Part shown: positions 23,061 to 35,287 of the stretch, piece after piece
Numbering within the stretch: position 1 is the stretch's first letter
Layout of the letters: every line of letters begins with the position of its first letter
DNA from: Mobula hypostoma
Lineage: Eukaryota
Assembly (NCBI RefSeq): GCF_963921235.1
Contig: NC_086097.1
Span: forward strand, 204,726,001 to 204,790,000
Direction: 5' to 3'
DNA: 64,000 bases
Position numbers and translations under genes: made by a program
The notes under the pieces: generated by a model
Told to the model about the DNA's origin: nothing
Seen by the model: the letters and a program-made list of their open reading frames with translations, nothing else
Database searches by the model: none

Positions 23061-25831
23061 GGTTGCTTCTCACCTCTGTTGCTCCCCTTTTACTTCTTCA
23101 TGCCTAATCCCTGGTCGGGGTTGGTCCCTTACTTTCCACAGTACCTAGATTGGACCCAAACTACCTTTCCTTTAAAGATGACGTGTTAAAGATCCATGAA
23201 TCATAATTGTGGAGTTATTGAGGTCAGACATCATCCATATATGTTGCTTACACCTAAAATGAGTTGATAGCTCAAATATTACTGCTATTTTCAGTCAGTC
23301 ATTGGCTTCCTCCACAGAAGATATTCTAGGATATTAAATAGTCTACAGTCCATTCAGTAGGTGGCTAATACCATGCTCACCGAAGCCAATATTTTTATAA
23401 TTGACCATGAAATACTTCAAGACTTTCAATCTGCTGATCTGGGTACATAATAATGGTTTGGATTCTGGCAATATGCTGCATCCAGATTTTAAGCAATAGC
23501 TCATCGAAGAGCATTGAAGTCTCTGCATCCCAGCACTAACAATAATGTCCAGTCTCTCCCCTTGCAAAAAGAAAATGTGATATTTGTGCAAAGACAAACT
23601 GATGTTACAGAAAAATGCAGCGTTTTAGTCGCCCCAGAAACTCTCAACATTTACATTAATTTAAAACGTTTTTATAAACAACATAAAAACACCAGCACTA
23701 ATTTTCACCATTACACAAGCCTCTAAAGACTGTCTTAGCTTCTCTCTTATTTGATAAGCCAATGAACTGTGTGCGGCTGCAGCTCAGGAGGGAGTGCTCG
23801 CATGCCCCAGGAGAAGACAGGGGCAGGCAATGGTGTGTACAGTGGATGTGAACCATTCACTGTTAAGCAGCAGTATAGTGAATCACAGGATTGCCAGACT
23901 ACAAAATAGGAAAAGAATAAGTTGGCAAAAATAGTCTACTAAATGTGGTCTTCACCCTTGTAATGTTGAAATAAAAACTGGCAACTCAGTATTCCAGGGT
24001 TCCATCGTTTTAAATGATTGGTAGAGATTAAAGAAGGATGGGTGGTATTACTAGTCAGAGAAAATGTCATTGGTGGTGCTCAGTCAGAACATACTGGAGA
24101 ACTTGTCTAGTGAGGTGTTATGGGTGGAACAGAGGAATAAAAAAACGGGGTCATATTACAGACCACCCATTAGTCCAGGGGATTTAGAAGAACAAATTTG
24201 TAGAGAGATCGCAGACGGTTGCTATAGTAGGTGATTTTAACTTTCCACATATTGACTGGGATTCCCATACCATAAAAGGACTAGATGAGACAGAGTTTGT
24301 CATAGGTGTTCAGGAAAATTTCCTTCATCAGTACATAGAAATCCCAGTGAGGGAGTGTGCAATCTCTGATCTGCTGTTAGGGAATGAGACAGGGTAGGTG
24401 GCAGAAATTTGTGTAGGGAAGCATTTTGTATCCAGTGATCACAATGTCAGTAGTTTCAGCGTAATTACGGAAAAGGATAGGTCTGGTTTACGATTTGAAA
24501 TTCTAAATCGGAGAAAGGCCTACTTTGATGGTATCAGAAAGGATCTGGCGAGTGTGGACTGGGACAGGCTGTTTTCTGGCAAAGTTGTATTTGGTAACTG
24601 GGAGGCCTCCAAAAGTAAAATGTTCAGAGTACTAAGCGTGTATATACCTGCCAGAATAAAAGTTACAGATAACAGGTTTAAGGAACCTTGGTTTTCAGGA
24701 GATATTAAGGCCCTGGTTAAATAAAAAAGAGGTGCTTAGCAGGGGTATAGGCAAGTAGGAACAAATGAGGTGCTAATGTCTGAAATCAGGAGGGCTAAAA
24801 GAAGGCTTGAGGTTGCCCGAGCAGAAAAGGTGAAGGAGGGAATCTACAGAGCAAAAGAATTATAAGGGACAAAATTGGTTCTCTGGAAGATCCATGTGTG
24901 GAACGAAATAGAAATGGGGGATTCTTAAATTAATTTTTTGCAACTGTACTTACAAAATCTATGGAAGTGAGACAAAGTAGCATCGACCTCAGGGGCCCTA
25001 CACGGATTACAGAGGAGGAGGTGTTTGCTGTCTTGAGACAGATTTGGGGTGGACAAGCCCCCAAGACTTGACAAGATGTTCCCTTGGACCCCATGTGATG
25101 CAAGTGTAGAAATTGCAGGGGCCCTAGCAGAGATATTTAAATCATCCTCAGCAAAAGATGATTTACCGTAGGATTGGAAGATAGCTAGTGTTGTTCTGCT
25201 CTTCAAAAAAGGCTCTGAAAATAAACCAGGAAATGATAGGCCAGTGAACCTGACATCAACAGTGGGAAAGTTATTGGAAGGTATTCTAAGGGTCCGGATA
25301 TATGAGTTTTTGGATAGACATGTACTGATTAGGAGTAGTCAACAGGGCTTTGTGTGTGATATGTCGTGTCTAACCAAATTTATAGAGATTTTTTGAGGAT
25401 GTTACCAGGAAAGATGATGAAGGCAAGGCAGTGGTTGTTGTCTATATAGACTTTGGTAAGGTATTTGACAAAGTCCAGCATGGGAGTTTAGTTAAGAAGG
25501 TTCAGTTGCTTGGCATTCAAGATGAGGTAGTAGATTGAATTAGACATTGACTTTGTGGGAGAGCTAGAGAGAGGTAGTAGATTGTTGCCTCTCTGACTTG
25601 AAGCCAGTGACTAATGGTGTGCTGCAGCGATTGGTGCTGGGTCCATTGTTATTTGTCATCTAGATCAATAATCTGGATGATGATGTGGTCAACTTGATCA
25701 GCAAATTTGTGGATGACACCAAGATTGGGGGTGTAGTGGACAGTGAAGAAGACTATCAGTGCTTGCAGTGGGATCTGGACCAGCTGGAAAAATGGGCTGA
25801 AAATGACAGATGGGATTTAATGCTGACAGGT

Positions 25832-26184
25832 GCATAAGATATGAGAGGCATTGATCATGTGGATAGTCGGAGGCTTTTTCCCAGGGCTGAAATGGCTAAC
25901 ACAAGGGGGCATAGTTTTAAGGTGCTTGGAAATAGGTACTGAGGGGATGTCAGGAATAAGTTTTTCACATAGAGTGGTGGGAGTGTGGAGCGCACTGCCA
26001 GTGAAGGTGGTAGAGTAGGATATAATATGGTATTTTATGAGCCTCTTAGGTAGGTACATGAGCTTAGAAAAATAGCTGGCTATGTGGTAGGGATATTCTA
26101 GACAGTTTCTAGAGTAGGTTACATGGTCGGCACAACTTTGTGGGTCGAAGGGCCTGTAATGTGCTGTAGTTCTCTATGTTCCTA
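25832..26184 (+). mobile_element. CR1 3' tail of another subfamily nested in the host CR1
   Basis: Ends gttctctatgttccta; same subfamily as 20025-20400 (reverse). Confidence 0.8.
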
Positions 26185-26542
26185 TTAAATGCAAGGTATT
26201 GCACTTTGGTAGGACTAACCTTACACAGTGAATGGTAGGCCACTGAGGAGCGCTGTATAACAAAGAGATCTGACAGTACAGGTTTATAATTAATTGAAAG
26301 TAGTGTCACAGGTAGATAGTGTTGGTATGTTGGTAAGCTTTTGGTATATTGACCTTCATAAATCAAAGTATTGAGTACAGGTGATGAGATGTTATGTTGA
26401 AGTTGTATAAGCCATTGGTAAGCCTAATTCAGAGTATTGTGTGCAGAATTGGTCACCTACCTACAGGAAAGATGTAAAGTAGGATGAAAATGTAAAGAGA
26501 AAATTTACAAGGATGCTGCTGGGACTGGAGGGCCTGAGTAGT

Positions 26543-27460
26543 CGTCGTCATTGTCGTGGCTATCCCTCGAGGTCGAGGATGGTGGTCTTCATACCGTTGA
26601 TCTATTTGCGGGCTCTCAAGTGGCTTAGGTGTCCAATCTTGGCTTTGAGAGTTCTTCCGCTTTCAAGACAGGTAGATCGGGCTCAGGTTGTTGCTGCCTT
26701 CTCTTTTCATTTTCTTCTCTTTTCTTCTAATTCTGCACATCTATTGGCTTTGAAAGTTGCTGTTTCTCCTCGGATGATGGCTTGCCAGAGTTTCCTGTCC
26801 TTGGCATTGGTTTCCCAATTGTTGATGTCGATGTTACATTTCTTCATGTTGGCTCTTAAGACGTCTTTGAATCTCTTCTGTTCTCTGCACCTTTTATGTT
26901 TGCCTTCTTTAAACTGGGAGTAGAAGATTTGTTTCGGCAGATATTTGTCTTTCATCCGAACAACATGACCGCTCCATCCTAGTTGGTTCTTGACATAGGC
27001 TTCAACGCTTGTTGTTTTTGCTTCATTTAGCATGCTGACGTTGGTTCTCCGATCTTCCCAGCTGATACTTAAGATGTTTCGAACACAGCATTGATGGAAC
27101 TTTTCAAGTGCCTTCAGATGTCATCGGTATGTTGTCCAGGTTTCTGATGCATACAGGAGTCTTGGGATCACCACTGCTTTGTACACTAACATTTTGTAGT
27201 CTGTTCAATGTCATGATCATGAAAGTCTTGTTCGAAGACGTCGAAAAGCTGTCCCAGTGCATTTAAGACCATGTTGGATCTCGTCATTAAGGTCGACATT
27301 GGAGGAGAGGTGACTTCCAAGATACGGAAAGTGGTCCACGTTTTCCAGGGTTATTTCGCCAAGTTGAATTGATGGTTCTATCTGATTTGTTTCAGTTGGT
27401 GATGGTTGGTAGATGATCTGAACCTTCTTGGAATTGATGGTAAGTCCAAGTTTCGTGTAA
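26543..27460 (-). mobile_element. 5'-truncated RTE LINE (third family) with (GAC)n tail
   Basis: ORF 26707-27033 QLGWSGHVVRMKDKYLPKQIFYSQ..QKRFKDVL; upstream HFPYLGS; 7-bp TSD gagtagt (26536-26542 / 27461-27467). Confidence 0.9.
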
Positions 27461-27556
27461 GAGTAGTAAGGAAATGTTGCATCGATCAGGACTTTATTCC
27501 TTAGAATGTAGAAAACTGAAGAGAGATTTGATAGAGGTATACAAAATTATGAGGGA

Positions 27557-30500
27557 TATACTTTATACTTTATCGTCGCCAAACAATTGATACTAGAACG
27601 TACAATCATCACAGCGATATATGATTCTGTGCTTCCCACTCCCTGGGTTACAAATCGATAGTAAATATTAAAAATTTAAATTATAAATCATAAGTAGAAA
27701 ATAGAAAAATGGAAAGTAAGGTAGTGCAAAAAAACCAACAGGCAGGTTCCGATATTTGGAGGGTACGGCCCAGATCCGGGTCAGGATCCGTTCAGCAGTC
27801 TTATCACAGTTGGAAAGAAGCTGTTCCCAAATCTGGCCGTACAAGTCTTCAAGCTCCTGAGCCTTCTCCCGGAAGGAAGAGGGACGAAAAGTGTGTTGGC
27901 TGGGTGGGTCGTGTCCTTGATTATCCTGGCAGCACTGCTCTGACAGCATGCAGTGTAAAGAGGGTCCATGGACAGCAGATTGGTTTGTGTGATGTGCTGT
28001 ACCGTGTTCACGATCTTCTGCAGCTTCTTCCAGTCTTGGACAGGACAACTTCCATACCAGGTTTTGATGCACCCTAGAAGAACGCTTTCTATGGTGCATC
28101 CATAAGAATTAGTGAGAGTTTTAGGGGACAGGCCAAATTTCTTTAGTTTTCTCAGGAAGTAAAGGTGCTGGTGGGCCTTCTGGGCAGTGGTCTCTGCTTG
28201 GTTGGACCAAGTCAGGTCATTTGTGATATTGACCCCGTGGAACTTAAAGCTTTTGACCTGTTCCACCTGCGCACCACCGATGTAAATGGGTCGTGCGGTC
28301 CGCTACTCCTTCTGAAGTCAACGACCAATTCCTTCGTCTTGCTGACATTGAGGGATAGGTTATTGTCTTCGCACCATGCCACCAGGTTCTTAATTTCCTC
28401 TCTGTACTCAAGCTCATCATTACCCGAGATACGGCCTACAATCGCTGTGTCATCAGCAAACTTACATATTGAGTTCGATGGAAACTTGGTTGCACAATCA
28501 TGGGTGTACAGTGAGTACAGCAGGGGGCTGAGTACACAGCCTTGTGGAGCACCGGTGCTCAGAGTGATTGTAGAGGAGAGCTTGTCCCCTATTTTTACTG
28601 CCTGAGTCCTGTCTGTGAGGAAGTTGAAGATCCATCTGCAGATCTGAGTGCTAAGGCCCAGGTTCCGGAGCTTAGGAATCAGTTTATTTGGAATGATGGT
28701 ATTAAAGGCAGAGCTGTAGTCAATGAAAAGGAGCCTTACGTATGCGTCTTTATTCTCCAGGTGCTCTAAGGAGGAATGTAGGGCCAGAGAGATGGCATCT
28801 GCCGTTGACCTGTTTCTCCAGTAGGCGAATTGCAAAGCGTCGAGGTTGACCGGTAGGCTGTGGTTGATGTGTGCCATAACCAATCGCTTGAAGCACTTCA
28901 TAGCAATTGATGTCAGAGCCACAGGTCGATAGTCATTCAGGCATGCCACCTTGCTCTTCTTCGGCACTGGGATTATCGTTGCCTTCTTAAAACATGAGGG
29001 GATCTTAGATTGAAGGAAGGAGCAGTTGAAGATGTCAGCAAACACTCCAGCTAGCTTGCGTGCACAGGCCCGGAGAACCTGTTCCGGGATACCATCTGGG
29101 CCCGTCACCTTCCTTGGATTTATCTTCAGGAAGGCCCTTCTAAGGTCCTCCTCGGTGACGATGAATCTCAATGCCACCAGGTCCGGTTCAGCCGGAGGGA
29201 GTGGGATGCTCCTCTTCTGTTTGAACCTTGCGTAGAATACGTTAAGTTCGTCAAGAAGAGAAGCACCACAGTTATTGATATTCCCAGCCTTTTCTTTGCA
29301 CCCAGTTATTCATTTAGACCCTGCCATAGTCTACTGGCACCCCTCTGGTTAGCCTGGGCTTCCAAACTTGGCTCGATATTGCCTCTTGGCACCCTTAATG
29401 GCTTTCCGGAGTTCATGCCTGGATTCCGTGTAGCGACTGGTATCTCCGGACCTAAAAGCCGCAGCTCTAGCCTTCAAAAGGGATTTGACCTCATACTTCA
29501 TCCAAGGTTTCCGGTTAGGGAATACCCGGATCGTCTTGCGAGACACACAGTCCTCCGTGCATTTCCAAATAAAGTCCGTGACAGCTGAGGCATATTTATC
29601 GAGGTTAGCTGCCGAGTCCTTGAATACTAACCAGTCCACCGAGTCAAAGCAGTCACGGAGGACCTCATTTGTTTCCTCCATCCAACTCGACACTACTTTT
29701 GACACCGTGTCCTCCCGCTTCAGTATCTGTTTGTAAGCCAGGAGGAGGAGTACGGCCTGATGGTCCGATTTTCTGAAGTGAGGTCGTGGGACAGAACAGT
29801 AGGCATCTTTGACTGCTATGTAGCAGTGGTCAAGCATATTCGGGCCTCTAGTTGGGCAGGAGACATGTTGGTATAACTTTGGCAGTGCCTTTCTGAGGTT
29901 GCCCTGGTTAAAGTCCCCGCCAATAATGAGGAAAGCCTCCGGATACCTGGTGTCAAGTTCACTGATGTTGGCATACAGTATGTTCAGAGCATACTCCACG
30001 TCCGCCTGCGGGGGGGACGTAGACCGCTGTCAGTATGACCGAGGTGAATTCCCGTGGCAGATAGTAGGGATGACACTTCACCGACAGGTGTTCCAGGTCC
30101 AGGCTGCAGGAGTTTGTCAGTGCCACTGTGTCCGAGCACCACGCAGTGTTGATCAGTAGGCAGACACCACCTCCCTCGTCTTGCCCGAAGATGCCGTGTG
30201 GTCCATCCGATGGATCGAAAATCCCTCCAGTCGGATGGCACAGTCGGGGGTGGCAGGGGAGGGCCAGGTCTCGTTGAAACAGAATACACAGCAGTTCTGC
30301 ATCTCCCTGCAGAAGGTGAGTCTCCCTTTAAGATCATCCACCTTGTTCTCTATGGCTTGCACATTAGCTAGTAGGATGGTGGGCATAGGGACCCTGAAGC
30401 CCCTCAGCTTCAATCTGACTAGCAGCCCAGCTCTTTTCCCACGCTTCCTCAGTAAGTAGTGCATCTTTCCAGGTTTCCATCAGTGCTGTGTATTGTTGGC

Positions 30501-30705
30501 ATCTCTTTGTGGTTAGTGGACACGTCCCGCGGGGATCAATTGGCGGGTTGCATTGTTGGGCGCTCAGGGTTGGGCCGGGTGACGGAGGAGGCTCCACTGC
30601 CACTTCCAGCTGCCGAGGGCCTGGGCTGTTGATTGGGTTGGGCCCCAAAGCCGACACTTGATCCTGGAGGGCCGGGCTCCTGGCTGAAACAAGTTAAAGT
30701 TGAAG
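27557..30705 (-). mobile_element. Near full-length Rex1/Babar LINE, relatively young, frameshifted
   Basis: APE ILLANVQAIENKVD..FCFNETW (30153-30464), GDFN..SDH (29349-29999); RT IDYSSAFNTI, GAPQGCVLSP, KFADDT (28212-29177); C-terminal domain (27781-28266); (ATAAAGT)n tail. Confidence 0.95.
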
Positions 30706-31030
30706 TAAATGTAAGTAGGATTTTTCCACTGAGGTTGGGTGGGACTACAACTAGAGGTCCTGGGTTAGGGGTGAAAGGTTTTAGGGGATCATCAGGGAAA
30801 ACCTCTTCACTCAGAAGGAGGTGGGTGTGTGGAATGAGCTGACAGTGCAAGAGGTGCATGAAAGTTTGGTTTCAATGTTTAGGAGAAGTTTGGATAGAAG
30901 CATAAATGGTAGAAGCATGGAGGTCTATGGACCCAGTGCCGATCAATGGGAGTAGGCAGATTAGATCATTCAGTATGGACTAGATGGGCTGCAAGGCCTC
31001 TTTCTCTGCTGTACTTTTCTCTGACTCAAT

Positions 31031-31165
31031 AACAGAAAATGCCGGAAATTCTCAGCAGGTTAGGGCATATCTATGAGAAGAGAAACAGAGTCAATATTTC
31101 AGTTTGAAGACCCTTGCTAAAATCAGCATTTTTTGTTTTTAATTTAAATTTCCAACGTCTGCATT
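31031..31165. mobile_element. Degraded Penelope-derived repeat fragment
   Basis: aacagaaaatgccggaaattctcagcagg...gtcaatatttcagtttgaagaccctt resembles the left arm of 15315-15513. Confidence 0.5.
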
Positions 31166-31374
31166 TTTAAAAAAAATTTTCATCAGCAGTGTGAGGTGGC
31201 TACTCTTTGCCAGTGGTTCTCTCACTGTGCTAAAATGTCCATCGATGCAGGACCGTTTCAGATTTCTATTCAAGTAGAGCTTTAGGCCCCGTGTCTGGGA
31301 AAGGACGTGCTGGCATTGGAGAAATTCCAAAGGAAGCTTACAGGAATGATCCAGGGAATAAAAGGGTTAACATA

Positions 31375-34300
31375 TCAATTCAAGTCAAGTTTTTTGTTAT
31401 TTAACTATATACATGTATACTGTCAAATGAGACAATGTTTCTCTGAACCGGGGTGTAACGCATTTGTTAACATAACACACAATAATTTAAGAAATTAAGG
31501 ATAAAATCTACAAATGATTATGCATAAATAAACAAAGTAAAGTGCATAAATTAAGTATTGTCAGGTGCAGAACAGACTTAACAGTAACACTTTGAATGCA
31601 ATGCAGCAGGAAGTTCAGAAGCCTGATGGCCTGAGTTAGAAAACTGTTTCCCATCTTGACCGTTCTGTTTTGACGCATCAGAGTCTACTGCCTAATGGTA
31701 GAAAGTCAAAGAGGATGCTGGATGGATGGGTGGGATCCTTGATAATACTAAGGGCCCTGTGCACGTAGCACTCCTGATAAATGTCCTCAATGGATGGTAG
31801 GGAGGTGCCTATAAACCTCTCAGTCTCTCTCACAGTCCTCTGTAGGGAATTCTGGTCTGACTGCTTGGCTGCTCCCACATCAGATGGAGATGTAGCTTCT
31901 TTGGTTGCTCTCAATGGTATTCCTGTAAAATTTAGTTAAGATGAGCTGGGCGGCGCCTCGCTTGCCCCAATCTCCTTCGGAAGTGGAGGTGCTGCTGTGT
32001 TTTCTTGTTCAAGGAGGTGATGTTTAGGGACTAGGTGAGTTCATCCATGATGTGAACTCCCAGGAATATGGCATACTCAACTCTCTCTATGGAGGAGCCA
32101 TGTATTCGCAGAGGGGGATGGTTCATCTGCACCTTTCTGAAAATCTTGGTCTTCTCCACCTTCAGATTTAGCTTGTTCTTCTCACACCAGTCCACCAGCT
32201 ATTCCCCTTCCTCTCTGTATTCCGACTCATCATTGTTGTTGATAAGGATAACCACTGTTTGTCATCTGCAAACTTGATGACATGGTTTAAGCTGAATCCT
32301 GTGACCCAGTCATGCATCAACAGTGTGAACAGCAGTGGACTGAGCACGTAACCCCGGGGAATGTCAGTGCTCACTGTCATGGGACAAGAGGCATTACTGC
32401 TCACACTGACCGACTGAGGCCTTTCTGTTAAGAAGTCCAGGATACGGCTACAGAGGGAGGTGTTGAGACCCAGCAAGGACAGATTCCCTATTGGTTTCTG
32501 GGCTATGATGGTATTAAATGCCGAACTAAAGTCTATAAGCAGTGGCCTGGCATATGCGACCCCGATTTCCAGGTTGGACAGGACAGAGTATAGAGCAGAG
32601 TCTACTTCATCGTCAGATTTGAGCAATAAGCAAATTGGAAAAAGTTCAATGTAGCCAGAAGTAAGACTTTAATGTGTTCCACGACCAGTCACTCAAAGCA
32701 TTTCATAATTGTTGATGTTAATGCCACTGGACGATAGTCGTTTTGGCAGATTACTGTTTCCGCCTTTGGCACTGGAATGATGGCTGCTGCCTTGAAAACT
32801 GAGGGGACAATGGACTGCTCCAGAGAGTTGTTGAACATATCCATCACCACCTCAGTTAGCTGGACTGCGCAGTCTTTCAGAACCCAACCTGGTATATCAT
32901 CGGGCCCCACAGCTTTGTGTGTGTTGAATCTGGCCATGGTCTTCCTTACCTCAGCTTCGGCCAGACGGTGTGTCTGCTCCCCTGGGGAGAGGGGTGCCTT
33001 CATTACCAGCACCTTGTTCTGCGTATCATACCAGACGTAGAAGACATTCAGCCTCACTGACACGCAGGATAGGTTTGTAATCTGCAATCCTCCGAATTCT
33101 CTGCCACATGCACCTAGTGTGTCTGGTATCACAGAAATGGTTGTCCTTCCTTTCGTCTTCCTTTCATTATTCATCCGTTAGCCTCGTGAGACCATGAATT
33201 TGCACCTTGGAAGGTTTTCAGGGCGCAGGCCTCTGCAAGGTTGTATGGAAGACTATGCTGCAAGTCTCCCCTCTCCATGCCACCGTCCAAGGGAAGGGCA
33301 CTAGGGCTGATACAGCTTGGCACCGGTGTCGTCGCAGAGCAATGTGTGGTTAAGTGCCTTGTTCAAGGACACAACACGTTGCCTCAGCTGAGGCTCGAAC
33401 TAGCGACCTTCAGATCACTAGACCGACACCCTAACCACTTGGCCACGCGCCAACGCTGATGGAGCAGGAAGACACAGTTCTTAGTTCCCTGAGAGCTGTC
33501 ATGTCACCTGACCTATAGGCATCATCACGATCCCTCAGCCGTACACAGATCTCTGCATTAAACCATGGCTTGTGATTTCCTCTCACCTGGATGTGTTTTG
33601 TGATGGTTACATTCTCAGTACACTTCTCTACGTAGCTGTTCACGTAAGTCTCAATGTTAACTTGGTTGCCATAGGTAGCAGCCTCCCTGAACATTCTCCA
33701 GTTCATGTTTTAACAGTCCGGCTATGCCAAGATTGTCTCCTAGGGTCAGTTTTTCATCATCTTTAGAACTGGTTTGGCAGGTTTGATCACTGGTTTGAAT
33801 GCTGGAATTAGCATATCAGATAAGTGATTTGAGAGCCCAGTGTGAGACTGGGGATTTGCTTTACATGCACTGATATGTTAGTACAAACCAGGTCCAGTTT
33901 ATTTTCACCTCGGGTAGAAAAACCAACAAGCTGGTAGAATCTAGGCAGGACTGTTTTTAGGTTCGCATGGTTAAAATCCCCAGCGGCAATGTAGGTACCA
34001 TCAGAGTGTTTGGTTTGAAAGTCACCGATGGCACTGAATAACTCACACAGTGCCTCACAACCTTTACCAAAGGAGGGGATATATACAGCTACCAACGTAA
34101 TTATAGTGAACTCCCTCGGTACACAAAATGGTCTGCACTTCACAAAAATAAACAAGATCATCAGTGAACATTGGAATGCCACTGCTAAATCATCCATACA
34201 CCAGTCTTATTTATGTAAAAAAAGAGATTCGACCACAAGGGGTTTTGCCTGAGATCGTTGGATTTCTGTCGCCCTGAAACATGCTAAGAGATTCCAGCTG

Positions 34301-34423
34301 TATGGCCATGTCTGGGATGGAGTTCTGAAGCCAAGTTTCCATGGGACTGAGTGAGCAGTTGTTCCTTGTCTTTCACTGTTTTAGTCTCAGGCGCAGGTAT
34401 CCAGTTGATCTTCAAGTGAAAAT
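31375..34423 (-). mobile_element. Older, degraded Rex1/Babar LINE (APE plus RT)
   Basis: ORFs 33808-34197 (AGDFNHANLK), 32689-33174 (NDYRPVALTSTIMKCFE), 32168-32626 (IDFSSAFNTI, KFADD), 31678-31914. Confidence 0.88.
33162..33451 (-). mobile_element. tRNA-derived SINE with CORE-like central domain
   Basis: Minus strand A box tggccaagtgg, B box agttcgagcc, gtgtccttgaacaaggcacttaacc (MIR/CORE-like); homologous to 61367-61681. Confidence 0.85.
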
Positions 34424-34834
34424 TGAGGAGTGTTTGATGGTTTTGGGCCTGTACTCGCTAGAATTTAGGAGAATGAGCAGGGATCCCATTCAAAACTACC
34501 AAATATTAAAAGACCTAGATAGAATGCACGTGGAGAAGATGTGTCCTATAGTGGTAGAGTCTGTCCAGATGGCATAGCCTCAGAATTGAACACCCCTTTA
34601 GAATACCGAGGAGGAATTTCTCCTCAGAGGGTGGTGAATCAATTGAATTCATTGCCATGGATGGTTGTGGAGGCTGAGTCATAAGATATATTTAAAGCAG
34701 AGGTGATCTAGCCCAATAATCCAAGTCTTAATCGATCAGCACTTCGGAATAAAATATTAATAAAAGAGAGGAAGCATGGCTCCAGTTTCTTTTACTGCAG
34801 ATTATGTTTGAGTAACTTAATTAAATTTATTATT

Positions 34835-35085
34835 ATTTCTTATTTAGAGATGCAGCATAGTAACAAGCCCCTTCAACCCAATAAGCTCTGCCCAATTACA
34901 CCCATGGGACCAATTAACCTAATTACCCGTATGTCTATGAAATGTGGGAGGAAACTGGAGCACCCAGAGGAAACCAACATGGACACGGGGAGACTGTGCT
35001 AACTCCTAATGGACAGTGGCAGAATTGAATCTGGGTTGCTGGTGTTGTAGTAGTGTTAACAGTAACCATTGTGCTGCAGTGTCTT
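34835..35085 (-). mobile_element. V-SINE-like element
   Basis: V-domain-like tgtgggaggaaactggagcacccagaggaaacc..acacggggagactgtgc. Confidence 0.75.
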
Positions 35086-35287
35086 GAAAATAACAATTTT
35101 GATGAGGGTGGGGCAGGGGTGAATGTTGTATTTTGGTAGTCTTTCATAAGGCATTTGAGAAAGTATCACATAACAGTCGAATTGAAATCCAAGAGATTTC
35201 CCCTCACACCCTCGTCTACCATTTCTACGTATAGTCAATATCCCAAATGTTACCGACTCAAATGGCCTTGTCCCTCACATTTCTCAC

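Larger units (their letters stand above)
23985..31030 (+). mobile_element. Degraded near-complete CR1 ORF2 hosting three nested insertions
   Basis: APE GDFNFPHIDW (~24230), RPVNLTS, DFGKVFDKVQHG, KFVDDTK (~25705); host pieces ~23985-25831, 26185-26542, 27461-27560, 30706-31030 are collinear. Confidence 0.9.
31265..34705 (+). mobile_element. CR1 3' fragment split by a Rex/Babar insertion (pieces ~31265-31374 and ~34424-34705)
   Basis: aaagggttaacata | tgaggagtgtttg rejoin as KGLTYEECL. Confidence 0.75.

Noticed and set aside
33380..33451. tRNA gene
   Set aside because: It is the tRNA-derived head of a SINE continuing into a CORE-like body; it recurs at 17021 and ~61610-61681.
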